Assembly (NCBI GenBank): GCA_022813865.1
Contig: JALDZX010000031.1
Coordinates: 186,001 to 250,000 of the forward strand
Length of the DNA stretch: 64,000 bases
Direction of reading: 5' to 3'
Source: Xylographa opegraphella
Taxonomy: Eukaryota
In this document: positions 40,564 to 54,014 of the stretch, piece by piece
Layout of the letters: the number at the start of each line of letters is the position of its first letter
How positions within the stretch are numbered: position 1 is the first letter of the stretch
The notes under the pieces: model-generated
The model's input: the letters and a program-made list of their open reading frames with translations, nothing else
The model's database searches: none
What the model was told of the DNA's origin: nothing
Program-made: the position numbers and the translations under genes

Positions 40564-41471
40564 CTAATTCATACTATGCGTCTTCGCCATCTGGTCCAGA
40601 CCTCTCCCCTTGGTGATCAAACCGTCGAAGACTCCAGCAGGCAGCAATGACTTGGTCCATTTGACTACATGCGCCATATTACCCCTCCAAACAAGGCCTT
40701 TCTTTCCGTTCAGTATGTCCTTGACTAGTCGATTGGCGAATACCTCCGCCTCCATAGCTTTTGGGACGTCCTTTCCCAAGTCCGAATCGTTGATATTCTT
40801 TTCCACGGGTTTGTACATGCTGTCGGGTGGTAGGGAGTATTCGGCGCTGTTGACGTGAAGATTTGACTTCACCACACCAAGCATGGCAGTGATCACATTG
40901 ATGTTGAACGGGGCAAGCTCGAGGCGGAGGGTTTCGGATGCGATGGTAAGGGCTGATTTGGAAGCGCTGTAGATTCCTTAAGCTGCTATTAGCTTCCGGG
41001 AGTGACAGAGAATCGCATGATTGTCTCACCTAGATACGGGGTATGTACAATGGCTCCTACGGAGCTTACGTTGACCACTGTTCCTCTGGAGTTTTCCAGA
41101 AGCGGTACGAATGCTTTGGTCATACTCAAGACTCCCCAGAAGTTGACATCAAACATCTTTCTGGCGGTCTCCATATTGGTGTCCATCAGGGGACTCGTGT
41201 AGGTGGACCCGGCATTATTTACTAGGCAGTCAAGGGAGCCCTTTGTTTTTGAAGCCACAAACTCAAATGCCGCGGCGATAGAGTCTTCGGAGGCCACATC
41301 GAGCGTCAAGACGTGCACGTTGGGAAGAATTGACAGCGAGGGATCAATCTTGGAGACCGACCGAAGACCTGCGAAGACGGTGAAGCCATGGGCGGCGAAC
41401 GAAGCCGCCAGAGCAGAACCGACAGAGCCGCTGGAGGTTCCGGTGATAAGGACGGATCGCTCAAATGCCAT
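40564..41471 (-). CDS. Short-chain dehydrogenase/reductase, Ayr1 (1-acyl-DHAP reductase)-like, 2 exons
   Basis: VLITGTSSGSVG, LVNNAG, FDVNFWG and YSASKSAL...SETLRLELAPF (YxxxK) after the intron. Confidence 0.92.
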
Positions 41472-42551
41472 AGCGGCCCGGCGTTAGGGTACTCTAGTCG
41501 TACTGGTGTCGTTCCTCATCCACGACCCGGGGACCATCGAAGTGTTGAGATGGCCATAGACATAGCTATCCTAAGTAGCAAGTCGTTTGAAGTGCTTCCA
41601 AAAGGCATCCATCAAATGGAAAGTAACTTCGCTTGCTGCGTTTCAGCTTCGGAGGCACAGTGTGACACAAGAACTCGAACACATCATGCGAGAAGCTCAG
41701 AAGCATTGGTGAGCAGCGCCAACCAATGACAGGCAGTCTCAAGTATAAGCCAGACAAGTGTATGAACTCCCGAGTCAGACGACGAACTATGTTTGTGCCA
41801 TCCTAGACTACCTAGGCGGTTGTTGCTAGTCTGGCTGCCACCGGCAGTGCACACCTCTAAATTGAAGCTTATGAGCTCGAATCTAATGACGGTCGTGGCT
41901 TTGCCGTGCCATGTTGATCAGCACGCTTGCTATCTACCACGCCTCTCTCTTGGGGCCCAAGGATGAGATCTCTGACAGTGTGCATGGCGATCCTGCCAGA
42001 TCTCCAGCGTAGTGCTGAGCGAGAGTGCCTGTTCAGTGCATACTCTACATAGTCTATTCGTCCGCTTCCCCTCGGCGCTGACTACATTTGCTGACTGCCT
42101 GACTCTTCTTCTGCAACACACACCGCAATGCCGTCGTATGCCCGGCATAGGAACTGATGTCTCCATGAGGAAGTTATGGCTGACACTCCAACTTCCTCGC
42201 CGCAATCCCTCCATTTAGCGAAACCTTGAAGCACAGAATGGCTTGTATCCGTCCAATAAAATCGGACTTCCTCCGATATCTTCTCACTTGCATCTTCCAC
42301 CTTTCACCGTCTAGATGGTGGACTCGATGTTGCCGCATTGACATGACGATTAGGCGTCCCAATCGATCAGTGGTGTCAGACATGTGGGTCGTGGATTGCC
42401 TACGCCACTCACGACCTAATCTTCTGCGTGTTCCTTCGACTTTCCTCTAGATCGTCCTTCTTTCTATGTCTGCCTGCTTTTTCCTCTCACAGACAGTCAC
42501 GCAAAGTACCTGGAATACATCCTAGAAGCGTACTTGAGAAGTCCTGCAACG

Positions 42552-44411
42552 ATGGCGGCGGCCTTCGTGTCCAGTTTGACTCCAGAAGAGCTCAATGCTT
42601 TGTCCAGTGTTCCTGCGCTGGCTCCACCACCTGGAGTCGAGTCGCAGTTTGTGGATCCGCAGAATCAAACTTTGTCGTTCTTACTTGTGACTTCAATTCT
42701 CTTTGGCGTTATGACAATATTCTTCGTCAATCGAATATATACCAAGGCTTTCATAATAAGAAAGTACACGTGGGATGATTGTGCGTGACCGCATTATGAT
42801 CTGAGACTCTCAGCTAACCATGGTAATAGTAACTATAATTATTGCGTTTGTGGGTGGTTTCCGTATCGTTCTGTGGCGTCTACTAATACATTGGTTTCGC
42901 TCTATAGACAAGCTCTATTGCTTACTACGTCGTTTGTATCTGGGGTAGGCGATACACTCTTGCTTGTGGCCATGTAGACCCATTGACATGTATAACTTAG
43001 GCGTTCAAAAGGGCAAAGTGGGTGTACACGAGTGGGACATCAATATCCCAGATATTTTGAGTCTCAATCTCCTTATTGTGAGTTGTACGGCAATGTCTAC
43101 CGCGCCAATAACTAAGATCGTCAATTTCAAAGCCGGAATACCTCGCTTCGATATTGACCGAAGTCGCTTTGTTGTTTACGAAAGCAACATTTTTCTTCAT
43201 GTACCTGAGTATATTTGGTCCGCTGCAATGGATGAAAGTATCTGCTCGGCTGGGTCTCGTAGTGAATACGGGGTTCTATCTTGCAGTCTTGGTCGCGAAC
43301 ATGATCTTGTCCACCCCTAGACCGGGGCAATCATGGCAACAAGCAGCATTTGGCGAGCAAGGGACACTTGCGCTAGCTATTCCTCAAGCTGTGGGAGGAC
43401 TTATCATCGACTTATTCATACTAGCTCTCCCAATCATCGCTGTTTCCAAGCTGCAGCTACCCCCTCGGCGGAAACTTGGTGTTATGCTGATATTCACGAG
43501 TGGCGCTCTGTAAGAATCGGAATATGTCCGAAGATGATTCATACTGAACCTGGTACAGTGCCGTCGCTGCTTCTATCCTAAAGATATATTACAGCTACAT
43601 TCTGATCAACACTACCGACCTCACATGGGCCAGCTTGCCTGTAAATATCGTAACGTGAGTATAGCACATCTCTTCCCCGATGCTACATAGATGAAAGCTG
43701 ACAAGATACAGCTTCACGGAAATATCCGTTGGCATCTCATGTGCTTGTATGCCAGCTGCTGCGCATACCTGTCGGCATCATGCTTCCTCTTTTGGATATA
43801 TGAGGAAGATCTTGTCGCGGAATCTCAAGAGTTTCAGTATCAGGTCTACCTTGCGCAGCAATTCCCCAACATTGCCCACCAGCGATCTGAATGGGCTTCT
43901 CGAGAAAAATCAGGACGGGAGCAGCGACCCCTATCCACGGGTGGAGAGTCCCGCCATCCAAAATCGGGGTTGGATTCATGACCAGCAGTTTCAGAGCCAA
44001 GAGATCGGGAGCAAGCGCCCTATTCCGAAGTTTGTCCCCATTGTCATACGGGCCGAAGACCAGAAAGTTGTGGGGCAGAGCCGCAGTCAACATTCGTACA
44101 CCAGAAGCGGCAGCCAAGTACGGCCGCCGCCCAGTGGACTTCGTCCAGCCACAGCAGTCCACACACCAATAAATGGAGGCAGCAATCTCGAACGCAACCA
44201 CGAACAATTTTCCAGGCTCGATGAGTACCGGCTCAAAAGCGAGAGAATCGATAACGAAACCCCCCCTCCTGTCCCACCTAAAGAATTTCCCCATACGCTA
44301 CCTCAGGCTCAAGCCAGGGGCCTGCGTCCACTCAAGCCTATCAATACAGCCGTAGGCAGGGGGTCTCCAGGCGCTCTCGAACGAAAGACCCAAGAGCGAT
44401 ATATGAAATGA
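42552..44411 (+). CDS. PTH11-like integral membrane protein (fungal rhodopsin domain) with long C-terminal tail
   Basis: PALAPPPGVESQF, RIYTK...TWDD, GVHEWDI, FTKATFFFMYLSIF, IDLFILALPI..VSKLQL and EISVGISCACMP. Confidence 0.88.
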
Positions 44412-45272
44412 AAACTACTCTTATAAAGCCAAAACACTATGCGCTTGAAGCAAAATGCTCTGATTACAGACAGCTGCAGCGGCCGCTCGAAGGGTACTGG
44501 CCATTCGCACCATTTTTTTGGTGATCATGGAGCTCGAGACCGAGGAGAGTCTTGTGATATCCAACTACACGCGCTATATCGGTCGAATGTCGACGACGAT
44601 TCGGGTTGAGCTGGTCTGGTACTCGTCGCAGTACACTCTTCACCAGTGTGAATCAGGATGTAGGAAACCCATGAGGGCATCACAAAAGTCAGTCCCACGA
44701 GGTATGTGGTCAGATTGAGTCGCCCTGGCCGGAGCACCGCAAGCTTCGGGAGCGTGGCAGAGTCACTTGAACATATATAGTTGTGCGACCAAGTTACATG
44801 TGGACTGAATACAGACGAAACCCACGGAAGTGGCAGGGAGGAATGTCCTCGTTCCCTATTCAGATATGTACGCTAGAACAGTCTCGGATGGACCTTTAGG
44901 ATACCTGCAACGAAGGCCATATAGAATAGGAAGAATAGCAAATAAGCACGAGTACTTAATCATGACCTGTTAACCCTAGTTATTCTACCAACGGCTTGTA
45001 TAAGGGTACTTCATAGTAGTCTCTGTTGTTTTCCTAGAGCTTTATACTCGTTTTAATTTGGCTATCTACCTATGTATGGATTTGGCATCGAGCGAGTCGT
45101 CGAAACCTTAACCAAAATTGGCCTAGCGCGTCACGAAAAGCACTCAAAGTCGCGTCCTCCACACCTACATCTTGAAGTTGTAATAAGGTACGCCGACTTG
45201 CTTGAGACTGCGCAAACTCATCCTTCGCAACAGCCTATGTTCTAAAGGATATCTCAACCTTGCTTCACTGTG

Positions 45273-47373
45273 ATGACGTCCTCCATCCCACTGAAACGTA
45301 GCTTTGAGGCAACCGGACTCCATAACAGCGTCGAGAGCAGTTTGGAAACTTCCGTATACGCTCAACCACATGCATTATTCTCAGATGTGCAGAGCCAGCC
45401 GGAAGCTTGTAATGTCATGGATGCTCTGGGAGGGATCAGCAGAGAGACGTCTCCGCTCTCAAGCACAGCGACCTCCACCACCCGCGAGAACTCTGCTGTA
45501 CCAGTAGTCTCCACTGTCACTACTACAGTTACTACTTCGAAAAAGAGAAAACTCACCTTTGCTGGGAGAGAAGTTATACGGATAGAGAAACAGTACAAAG
45601 AACAGCAGAAAGCAGAAGAGAAGGCAAGAAAGGATGAAGAAAAACGAGCGAAAGAGGAAGAACGTCGAATCAAGGAGGAGGAAGCGAAGGAAACCAAAAG
45701 GAAGCGGGAGGAGGAACGGGAAGAGAAACGGAAGCTGCGCGAAGCAGAAAACCAACTTAAAAACGAGGAGAAACGCAAGAGGGAAGCAGAGAAAAAGGCC
45801 AAGGGTGACGAGAAGGCTAAGAAAGAAAGAGTAAGTCGGATTCATGATGCAAAAAATCGGTAGTATACTGAACCCTTCACAGTCTCAATTACGACTCAAT
45901 TCCTTCTTCACTAAGCCTTCGGCTCACATAGGAGGAGGCTCCGAATGTCATAATCGAAGCGGGCCTTCAAGCCGACGAAGTTCCATTTCATCCCTCGAAG
46001 ATGACAAACCAAATGGGCAAAGTCATTCAGCCACCATGATGTCAGACGAAGACACCCCATCGGACTACACACGTACCTTTCCTCCGTTCTTCGTACACGC
46101 GCATACGGACGTCGCTCCACCGAGCCGATTCAATTGCAACAACAGAAATACTGCAAGTTATGACTTTGATATCAATACAACGGCATCGCAGTCTACCGAG
46201 TTTGGAGGTACAGCGAGCGCAAGCATAACGTTCTCAATAAGGAATCTGTTCCCTGCTTCAAGAAAACGGCGACGAATTACGCCTCGCATTATTGCTGTCA
46301 AGGGTATAGTAGCCGGTTTTCACGGAAGCGCTACTGAGCCTATCGATCTGACCCAGGCACGGAAAAAGAGTCAATGTAGTCCGGCAGATCTCTTGAAGGC
46401 GGTACCTGTGAAGTATCTTCGGTATGTGGAAGATGTGAGACCGCCGTACATTGGGACATACTCGAAAACTCCGGTGAAATGTTCTCCTTCGAGACTCCTC
46501 CGAAGACCTTTTCTGCGGGCTTTACCGGCTACGAATTACGATTACGACTCCGAAGCAGAATGGGAAGAGCCTGAAGAAGGAGAAGATCTTGACTCCGAAG
46601 GCGAAGAAGAGATTGGTGAGGATGAACTTGGTGACGATATGGAAGAATTTCTGGACGATGACGACGCGGAAGGATATGGAGCCAAGCGTCGCAACTTGAT
46701 GGGGGACGTGCAGCCAATATGTACAGGTTTGATATGGGATAGCGCAGCAAGCCAAGCACAGCCAAACGTGATCACGTATGGTGATACTACCTTGGATCTG
46801 AATTCATTCAGAACGGAGCTGCTCTTTAGTATGTTTCTTGGCTCTAATATCGGTATTGACTAATATTTCCAGCCGATACTTCATGGCCGTTTGATCCGTA
46901 CTCAACGTCGTACTGGCCAACGACACAATCCGGAACTGTCGACAGCCGCATCTACTCATCAGCTACGATGGCGCCACCAAGGGTACCGCTGAGTATCATC
47001 CAAAAGAACAGCAATATCCCGCCGTCAAGCGCTCCTCAGCCTGGTACAGACACAAAAATTGGAGATGCAACTTGTCTCCCAGTGAAGCCCAGCACCAACA
47101 AGCCAAAGAACTCTGCCCCATCAAAGCCCATACCATCAGAACTTCTCGAGGACTTCAAGAAAGCTATAGAAGGCAGCGATCTGACCAAAGCTGGTCTGGT
47201 CGAAGTTTTAAAGAAACGGTAAGTGGTCCTCGTCCCTTATGATCTGGTGATGCTTTACTCACATCCAACGCAGATTCCCATCAATAACAAAAGGCACCGT
47301 GCAGGACACCATTGCTTTGGTTGCCGAGCGAGTTGGGAAGAAGGAATCGGATAAGAGATGGCGTTTATTATAG
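45273..47373 (+). CDS. RLF2: Chromatin assembly factor 1 subunit A (Cac1/Rlf2)
   Basis: K/E/R coiled coil, PIP box QLRLNSFF, EDVRPPYIGTY, NYDYDSEAEWEEPEEGEDL, and a C-terminal WH domain (SDLTKAGLVEVLKKRFP...VAERVG). Confidence 0.93.
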
Positions 47374-48063
47374 TAAAGCGGTTCTTACGAATGTCTAGAA
47401 TAGCCCATGCATCGGGCGGAGTGTCAAGTTGGAAGTTGCATTCGTTTCGTAGCATTCATGAGCTACTGCCGCAGTAGGGTTTGTATGGAGACCCACTTTG
47501 GATTCCCTTTAGGGACCAGATAAACTGTATGAGTAATGCCACCAAAGTCTTCTTTGCCCTTGCTCCTTTCAGCAGATCAACATCAGATGGAACTTGTTCT
47601 CGGGTAATCCCATTATATGCAATTACTCATGAACATCTTTCCCACGCCCAAGAGAACCGCGCTCCTTCTCGCCTTGCCAGAATCACCATTCGCATCAAGA
47701 TTGTCTGACAATAGTTGCTATGTAGAGCTTACTCCCTGCTCAGCTATCAGGCACTTGCTATCCAGACCCGTAAGCACCATTCTTGTTATCTAAGGAGAAA
47801 AGACTCGGTCGCTGGCTAGGGCGGGCGAACGGTCAAAGATATCAGTGTTATATATGCACGTCTGTTAGCCGCTCCAGGGGGACAGCATTCTGCACGAGAT
47901 TTGAAGAACATGATCACGCAAGGCTTTCTGGTGCGGCTTCATGCCTATTTTACCACCTGGCATCGAGCTCTCCGACCCGGTCACACAGGACCATAGATCC
48001 CCGCTCAAAACCTCCCCGTCCTCCAAGCCATCCACCACCTCTCTCCACCCCACCCACCCGCCA

Positions 48064-48768
48064 CTACCCACAGCAACCCGTCACCTCATCCGCACCCCTA
48101 AACACCACAATCAGCACCAGCACCAGCACCAGCACCAGCACCAGCACCAGCACCACCATCAGCACACACCACCCCCCCTCCTCAACGCCACAGGTCAGGA
48201 AAAAACTTACACTACCCCCCCCACCAACATCCCCCCGCACAAAAACGACCCCAAAAAAGCCCCGAGCAAGATACAGATGATAAGATACCCATTATAGTAC
48301 ATCGCCAACAACATAACCGCATACGCGGCCGCGAAAGACAAGGTATGGATGCCCGCGCGCACAAGCCGCTGCCTCGTGCGCAGCCCTCTTGCCGGCCGCA
48401 CGCGCAGCCACGTTGCCGGTGGGGGCTTCTCGATCCCTTGCTCCGGCGGCGTCGCGCAGTCGCGGTCGGTGGCGCGTGTGCCTTGCGAGGAGGTGATGAG
48501 GTGGTGGTCGTACTCGCGCTGCGCGCGGCGCAGCAGCTCGAGGGCGAGGACGACGCCGACGACGCCGATGCAGCTGCCGCCGAACATGCCCGCTGAGGTG
48601 TTGTGCCATGTGGAGGCGAGGAAGCACGTGTCGATGGTGTCCCTGTTCCAGAGCATCTGTGGGGACGGTGGGGTGGTGGTTAGCAGGGAGGGATGAGGGT
48701 TGGAATGGGATTGGGGAGAGAGGTACGGAGATCTTGCAGGCGTGGGGGGTGGGGGCGGGCATGTCCAT
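48064..48768 (-). CDS. CTR family copper transporter (3 exons)
   Basis: MDMPAPTPHACKIS joined to MLWNRDTIDTCFLASTWH, the MLLAM (MxxxM) motif and YYNGY...GAFLG. A phase-2 intron at 48098-48210 leads to a final exon GADEVTGCCG*. Confidence 0.92.
48112..48153. repeat. (CAGCAC)7 microsatellite in the CTR last intron
   Basis: Seven perfect hexamer copies read directly from the sequence. Confidence 0.95.
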
Positions 48769-49118
48769 TGTTTTGGGTTGCAAGGGGTGTTGCTGGAGAG
48801 CGGAGATGAATGGGTGTTGTGTAGACTGGAGATTCGGAAGAATAGCAAAGAGATGGTTGTTGTTAAATGGAATATGCGGGTGGGAGGGAGAGGAAATCGG
48901 GAGAGTTTTTCGAAGATAGAGTGTTCGCCGTATAGAATCACTTGAAGAAGGAGCGCTCTTGTTCCGGTAAGACCGGATTTTGCATGCGGGGTCTGTGAAA
49001 AGACTTCCATCAACAAAGGTTGAGAGAGAATGAGCAAGTTTGCGAAGAAAAAACGGAAGCCTCCACTAGAGTGAATGACGGACGTGTCGATGTTCGGTAA
49101 ATGTATAGTTATAGTGTC

Positions 49119-50777
49119 TCAATCGCTCCTGATCTTCGTTCCACTACCGTTGACGTATCTGTTGACTACACCACTGGTTTCGTTCGCTGACTCGTCAACC
49201 TCATGGACCCTCATGTCCATACCGACCCAAAATCTTCTGCCTCTCCACACCACGGTGGTCCCGCCTAGGACAGCCCAGGTCCAGATCGGGAGCGCCAAAA
49301 GTTCTCGTCCCAACCAAGCGCTGACCCAGCTGCCTCTGCGGCGTTGGCTGGCGCTTCCCACAAAAAAAGGCACATCTTTCTCACCCGCTTCTCCGGCCCA
49401 GTTCTGCAACATGTTCCAGACACAGTAGTCCACTGCGCTCCAGGTGATGATGCCCAGAATCCAGATGGAAAAGAACGTAGGCCATGACTTGGAAATCCCG
49501 AGAATTTCGCTGCACCAAGGATAAGACGTCAAACCGAATGAGCAATAGAATGTACATAACAAAGACTCGGTTCCAGGCTCGACAAAGGTAGCCATTGGCA
49601 CGGTGAACTTACGCACACGAAGCCATCGGGCGCGACGCGCGATGTAGGTTGGTATACTTTGCCGCGACACCGGCTGAATGCAGGGCGGTGCGAGGACAAG
49701 GGCATGATGGCCCCATGAGATGCCTTCTTCCTTCTCATCGAGACAGCTCGAGCCACCTTCGTGCAGAGCCTCTTGGCGAACTGATTCAGCCACAGGTGTC
49801 TTCCACAGCAAGTCACCTATCAAATGGTCTTCGCAGATGTTTTCGGAAAAGTAGTCGATGCCTGAGCTCCGACTCGACGGGTCCGAAGTGGGAGTCAGGA
49901 GGTTTAAGTGGGATCGTCGGAACATGTTGGATTTCCCAACGGTACAAGGCGCGATTGCAACCGTAGATATCGCAGTGTAGAACTTGGCGTGTGAAGTTGA
50001 GAGGAACATCTCGTCAAGCAGACTTCCTGAGTCTGAGATAGTGGCTTTATTCGTCGAGAGAACAGGATCTCGTTGTTTCCGAGAGTCCTCCGTGAAAGTT
50101 GCCACTTCAATGGTGCGAACGGACGAGTCTGTGATGTCGACGACCAGGGGTAGCTGGTGAACAAATTTATATTTCCGTCCACGGCTCGCAGGGTCAAATC
50201 CACATAACCGGTCGACCATGAGTCCCGCCACGCTCCTACTGATCCATACATTGCAGTCTATAATCCAAACAATGTCTCCCTTGGCCTCTCGGTATGCCCT
50301 GCTCATATTCCGTATCTTGGGGTTTGGGCCCAAGTTGTGCTTTCTCCCGTCTTTGCCCGACAGGTTGGGATCCTCTTCTTCCACAAATATGTTCCCATCG
50401 CAGTTCGGGAAATCCGAAACCACTCGCTCGAGAATGGGAAGTGCAGGGTCGTTCCGAGAAGAAACGCAAAAGCAGACCGTCAGCTTCGACGGAGGATAAG
50501 TTTGCCGGAATGTAGCGGCAAGACAGTCGTAGAGACACGGTTCAAGCCCTTTGACCGGGCGTATAATAGTGACGTGAGGGACATCGTTTAGGGGAAGCGT
50601 CGACGAGACTGGTGCTCGAGGCGCTTTCGAATAATGTTTATATCTAAAAGCGTGTTAGCATTATCAGAAATGACCCGATTCATGCACTGGTTACATCTGC
50701 AGACACCCAATTGTACAAACAAGGACGACAGCACAACACCAACCAAGGCAGCATAATGCCACCACCTCTACCCACAT
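49119..50777 (-). CDS. GCS1: Ceramide glucosyltransferase (GT21), 2 exons
   Basis: N-terminal TM segment, VTIIRPVKGLEPCL, GPNPKIRNM, WIIDCNV, GKSNMFRRS, ICEDHLIG, RRARWLRVRKF and WLGRELLALPIW. Confidence 0.94.
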
Positions 50778-51194
50778 GGACAAATAATAGCATGGATTAC
50801 ATTTATTACAATCGTGATCAAGTATAATTCCCGCCCATATTTTCGGCTCTAAAACGTCATTGTTGGGGCTTTAACGGGCGCATTGAGACTTCCATCAGTC
50901 TCTGGAAGCTTTAGTTGATGGAGAACGCTAAACACTGGTGCACCCGGATTCGACATGAGGCAGCATTTGCATTCAGTTAACTACGAAGAACAGCCTGAAT
51001 ATTGGCATTAGCAGACTTGTCTCTGCTCCTCGTTCGAGTCACGTTTATAGTTTCCACTCATCACCAGGCCATGCCAAAAGAGGGCCTTATTCAACCATGC
51101 AGCTCACAAGAAACCCCAAGTCTGTGAGCTGCGGATATGACGAGACTCCTTTCGCTATGCAACCAATATCTGTGTCCAAACCGTGACTCCAGCA

Positions 51195-52877
51195 TCATAC
51201 CTTGACCTTCTTCCGTACCAAACCGGCACTTAGCACTGTTACTCCATCGGTCCCCTTGCCATCTTCTGCATCTCCACTCGTGACTGTATCACTTCTTTTC
51301 TTCTTTCGTAAGAGTGCAGAACCCAGCATCACAGGAATGATTGGGGTTGCCTCATTCGTAGCTACCGCGGGAATTGACGGCGGTGGTTCCTTTCGTCCGA
51401 TCACTGCTGCACCCCAGGTATCCAAACCCATTTCTGCTGTAGCAATAGTAAGCCACCTGAGTGTGCTCTCAGTAGCAAGAGTAAGATTTGCATAGTCTAG
51501 CTCCTGGAGTAGAGAGACTATACGATTGTAAGAGAGCTCAGGAAGGGACAGTGACGACGTTGCAAGCGTTGAACGGGTCGAGTCCTGTGTTACATGAGTA
51601 CCGATATCGTGTACCATAGTATTGACGGGGTTTATCGAAATCATCTTAGCGAGTGACGGTCCTGCAATATTCAGTTGCGGGTCCATTTCTTGTGGCTGTG
51701 GCTGAGAAGAAGGTAGAGGACTGAGCAGTGAGCCTGGCTGTGGATTGAAAAGTTTTGAGGATGATTGAGGAAGGCTAATTGGTCCTCCGAGGACTTGCGA
51801 GTCGAGTGGTGTTGGAAAAAAAGGCTCGCCCACCCTATCAACCTCTGGCAGCTGATCATCCTCAACGTCAGTGTCGAATGGCCGATCCACCAGGCCAATG
51901 GGTGTGATTACACCCCAAAGAAATCCCACTAGCCGTCCCGCAGCACACTCTTGTCGAAAAGCCATCATATCCCAAAATTGTTCCAGGCTCTTCACACTCC
52001 GCCATTTACCCGGCAATTGGGACTTCGATGAACTCTCCGTCACCAATAAGCTGTTCTCTGGCAGCTCGTCATCGAGATCCACCACAAAGCGAGCCTTTGG
52101 ATCATCTGGGAAACGAGGAATTAGGCAACGTTCCGGTATACCAGGCGGCTTTCCAAGAGCACGCAAAGGATCAGAAGCCAGCCAACGAGAAGTACTCGAC
52201 GGCTGCCGTTTAGCGTAGTCGGGAAAGAATGCCCTGGTTTCATAAGCATCACAACCAGGCACTCTTAGAAAGCCGCGGGAGGACGCGATATCACGTTCGA
52301 ACGATTGGTCACCATCACTATCGACAGACACGTTCTCGACAGGGTATGCCTCCAAGACTCCATCCAGTACCTTGGACCACCATTTTATCAATCCTCGATC
52401 ATCAAGAACATGCTTCTCACTGTTCTCGATGCTGCCAGGGAAAAGGTACTGGTCTTGGGCCCTTGCAAACAGGGACAATACAAGTCGTACACCAGGTCTC
52501 TGCTTCCGCTCTACCAAGAGCTTGAGATAGATCGAGATAGTTGTTCTGAGAGGCGAAGGTGTACCGGGTGGAAGTTTCAGAAGGTGCAGGTATCCAGTGG
52601 AGTCCGCCTTGGACACAAATACAGTAGTGAGAGCTTTGGTGGTGTAAATCAAGACCTCAAGAGCAAATGCTTGGACTTTCGAGCCGTTGACATCAATGGA
52701 GGCACTGAGAAACAGTGATTCGCAAAAAGTCTCTTCAGGAGCATGATCAGGAGCTGGTGGAAAAATTGGAGGGCATGCGATTGGTTCTGAGCATAAATGA
52801 TGTATCGTAAAGCTAAGGTCCTTGGGAAGCGCGGCAGAGAGCCGCTCTTGTAGAGCGCCAACCAATGATACAGCCAT
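51195..52877 (-). CDS. RTT109: Histone H3K56 acetyltransferase Rtt109
   Basis: FVSKADSTG, LFARAQDQYLFPGS.EN..KHVLDDRGLIKWW, IPRFPDDPKARF and FWDMMAFRQEC. Confidence 0.95.
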   Translation of the reverse strand: MAVSLVGALQERLSAALPKDLSFTIHHLCSEPIACPPIFPPAPDHAPEETFCESLFLSASIDVNGSKVQAFALEVLIYTTKALTTVFVSKADSTGYLHLLKLPPGTPSPLRTTISIYLKLLVERKQRPGVRLVLSLFARAQDQYLFPGSIENSEKHVLDDRGLIKWWSKVLDGVLEAYPVENVSVDSDGDQSFERDIASSRGFLRVPGCDAYETRAFFPDYAKRQPSSTSRWLASDPLRALGKPPGIPERCLIPRFPDDPKARFVVDLDDELPENSLLVTESSSKSQLPGKWRSVKSLEQFWDMMAFRQECAAGRLVGFLWGVITPIGLVDRPFDTDVEDDQLPEVDRVGEPFFPTPLDSQVLGGPISLPQSSSKLFNPQPGSLLSPLPSSQPQPQEMDPQLNIAGPSLAKMISINPVNTMVHDIGTHVTQDSTRSTLATSSLSLPELSYNRIVSLLQELDYANLTLATESTLRWLTIATAEMGLDTWGAAVIGRKEPPPSIPAVATNEATPIIPVMLGSALLRKKKRSDTVTSGDAEDGKGTDGVTVLSAGLVRKKVKV

Positions 52878-53106
52878 AGCAAAACGACATGTTATCAGCC
52901 AGCAAGACTCATGCAAGTCGCCAACATCATAAAGCCGCCGGAGCGCTCGAAAAGAAGGAAGGCAGGCTTCATAGTGCGCGGAAAACGCGGTCGTGGGACA
53001 AATTGAGCAGGGATTATGTATAATGCCACTTTAGGATTAGCTTGGTAATTTTGGCGGACGAAGTTCAATGAAGTTATCGAAATCCTCATGCACTTCGAGA
53101 AGCGCA

Positions 53107-54014
53107 ATGCCTCCACGAATTACGCTCTTGGGCTTAATTGGAGACAAGCGGGCCATATTACCAAGAAGGATTGTACAATACCATTGTGAGAATGCTCCTA
53201 CGAAAGTGAAGTCGGCGGGCTACGCTACCGCCAGCACCTACCAGAATGATCCGGAAGCCAGGCTCGAGGATCGACCTCGGTGGCAGCAGACTCCGAGTAG
53301 AATGACTGCTCCAGTCCGAATGAGACAGTACAAGCCCAAAAACGAGTACCGAGTGAATGAAGATCCTCGGCAACTGGACCAAGTCTACGTACAGGTTTTG
53401 GGACCGGATGGGGACAAGGTACTGTCCGATGAGGTCAAGTGGCTAGCTGTCACACATAAGAGCTTTGATCAGGGTAGGAGGGGATACAATGACAGATTGG
53501 CATTTTTCGGTAGGAATACTGAAAGCTTCTGACCGATGAACCGAATTTAATCTTGGCTGTACAGGGAAAAGGATAGTGGATCTACAGTCATCTCTAGCGA
53601 TTCTGAGCTCCCACGCAGCCACAGGGTCTCCAGCACCGCCACCGGACAGCTTCGAGCGAGAACAATATCAACATCCGGCCCTTGATTCCATACCTCAACT
53701 GACCGAGGAGGTTCGAAAGGATATTACTTCCAGAAAAAGAATATCAGATATTGCTCAACGGTACGGACTGCTCTCGGTCTTGAGGTGGAAGCCAAAGAAG
53801 GTACACAGTTCACATCTACTCGATTCCTTTGCTTTCACTACTGCAGGACTAACGAGGAGCCTCATAGGCTTCTGATCTTCCTGGTTCCGGGTTGGAGTTG
53901 GCACTTGCTCAAGCTTTATATGCAATAGTAGGTGCGGTTTCACTGCAGAAGGGGGGCGAAGTTGCGAATAAGGTAGTGAGAGAGCGGATCTTGAGTCAGC
54001 TCGGGCTGAGTTAA
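53107..54014 (+). CDS. MRPL15: Mitochondrial ribosomal protein mL57/L15 (RNase III-like domain), 3 exons
   Basis: PRWQQTP, KWLAVTHKSFDQGRRGYNDRLAFFG, RWKP and LYAIVGAVSLQKGG; TAA at 54012-54014. Confidence 0.9.

Noticed and set aside
39000..41000. Starship-type giant element at the 5S gene
   Set aside because: The 5S gene is intact and no DUF3435 tyrosine recombinase-like ORF was seen anywhere in the window.
47783..48297. Plus-strand ORFs with TSTSTS / HQHQHQ tracts
   Set aside because: They are antisense translations of the CTR intronic microsatellite and the C-rich strand.
49031..49037. TTGCTCA Mac1/CuRE-like site upstream of the CTR gene
   Set aside because: A single imperfect match that cannot be distinguished from chance.
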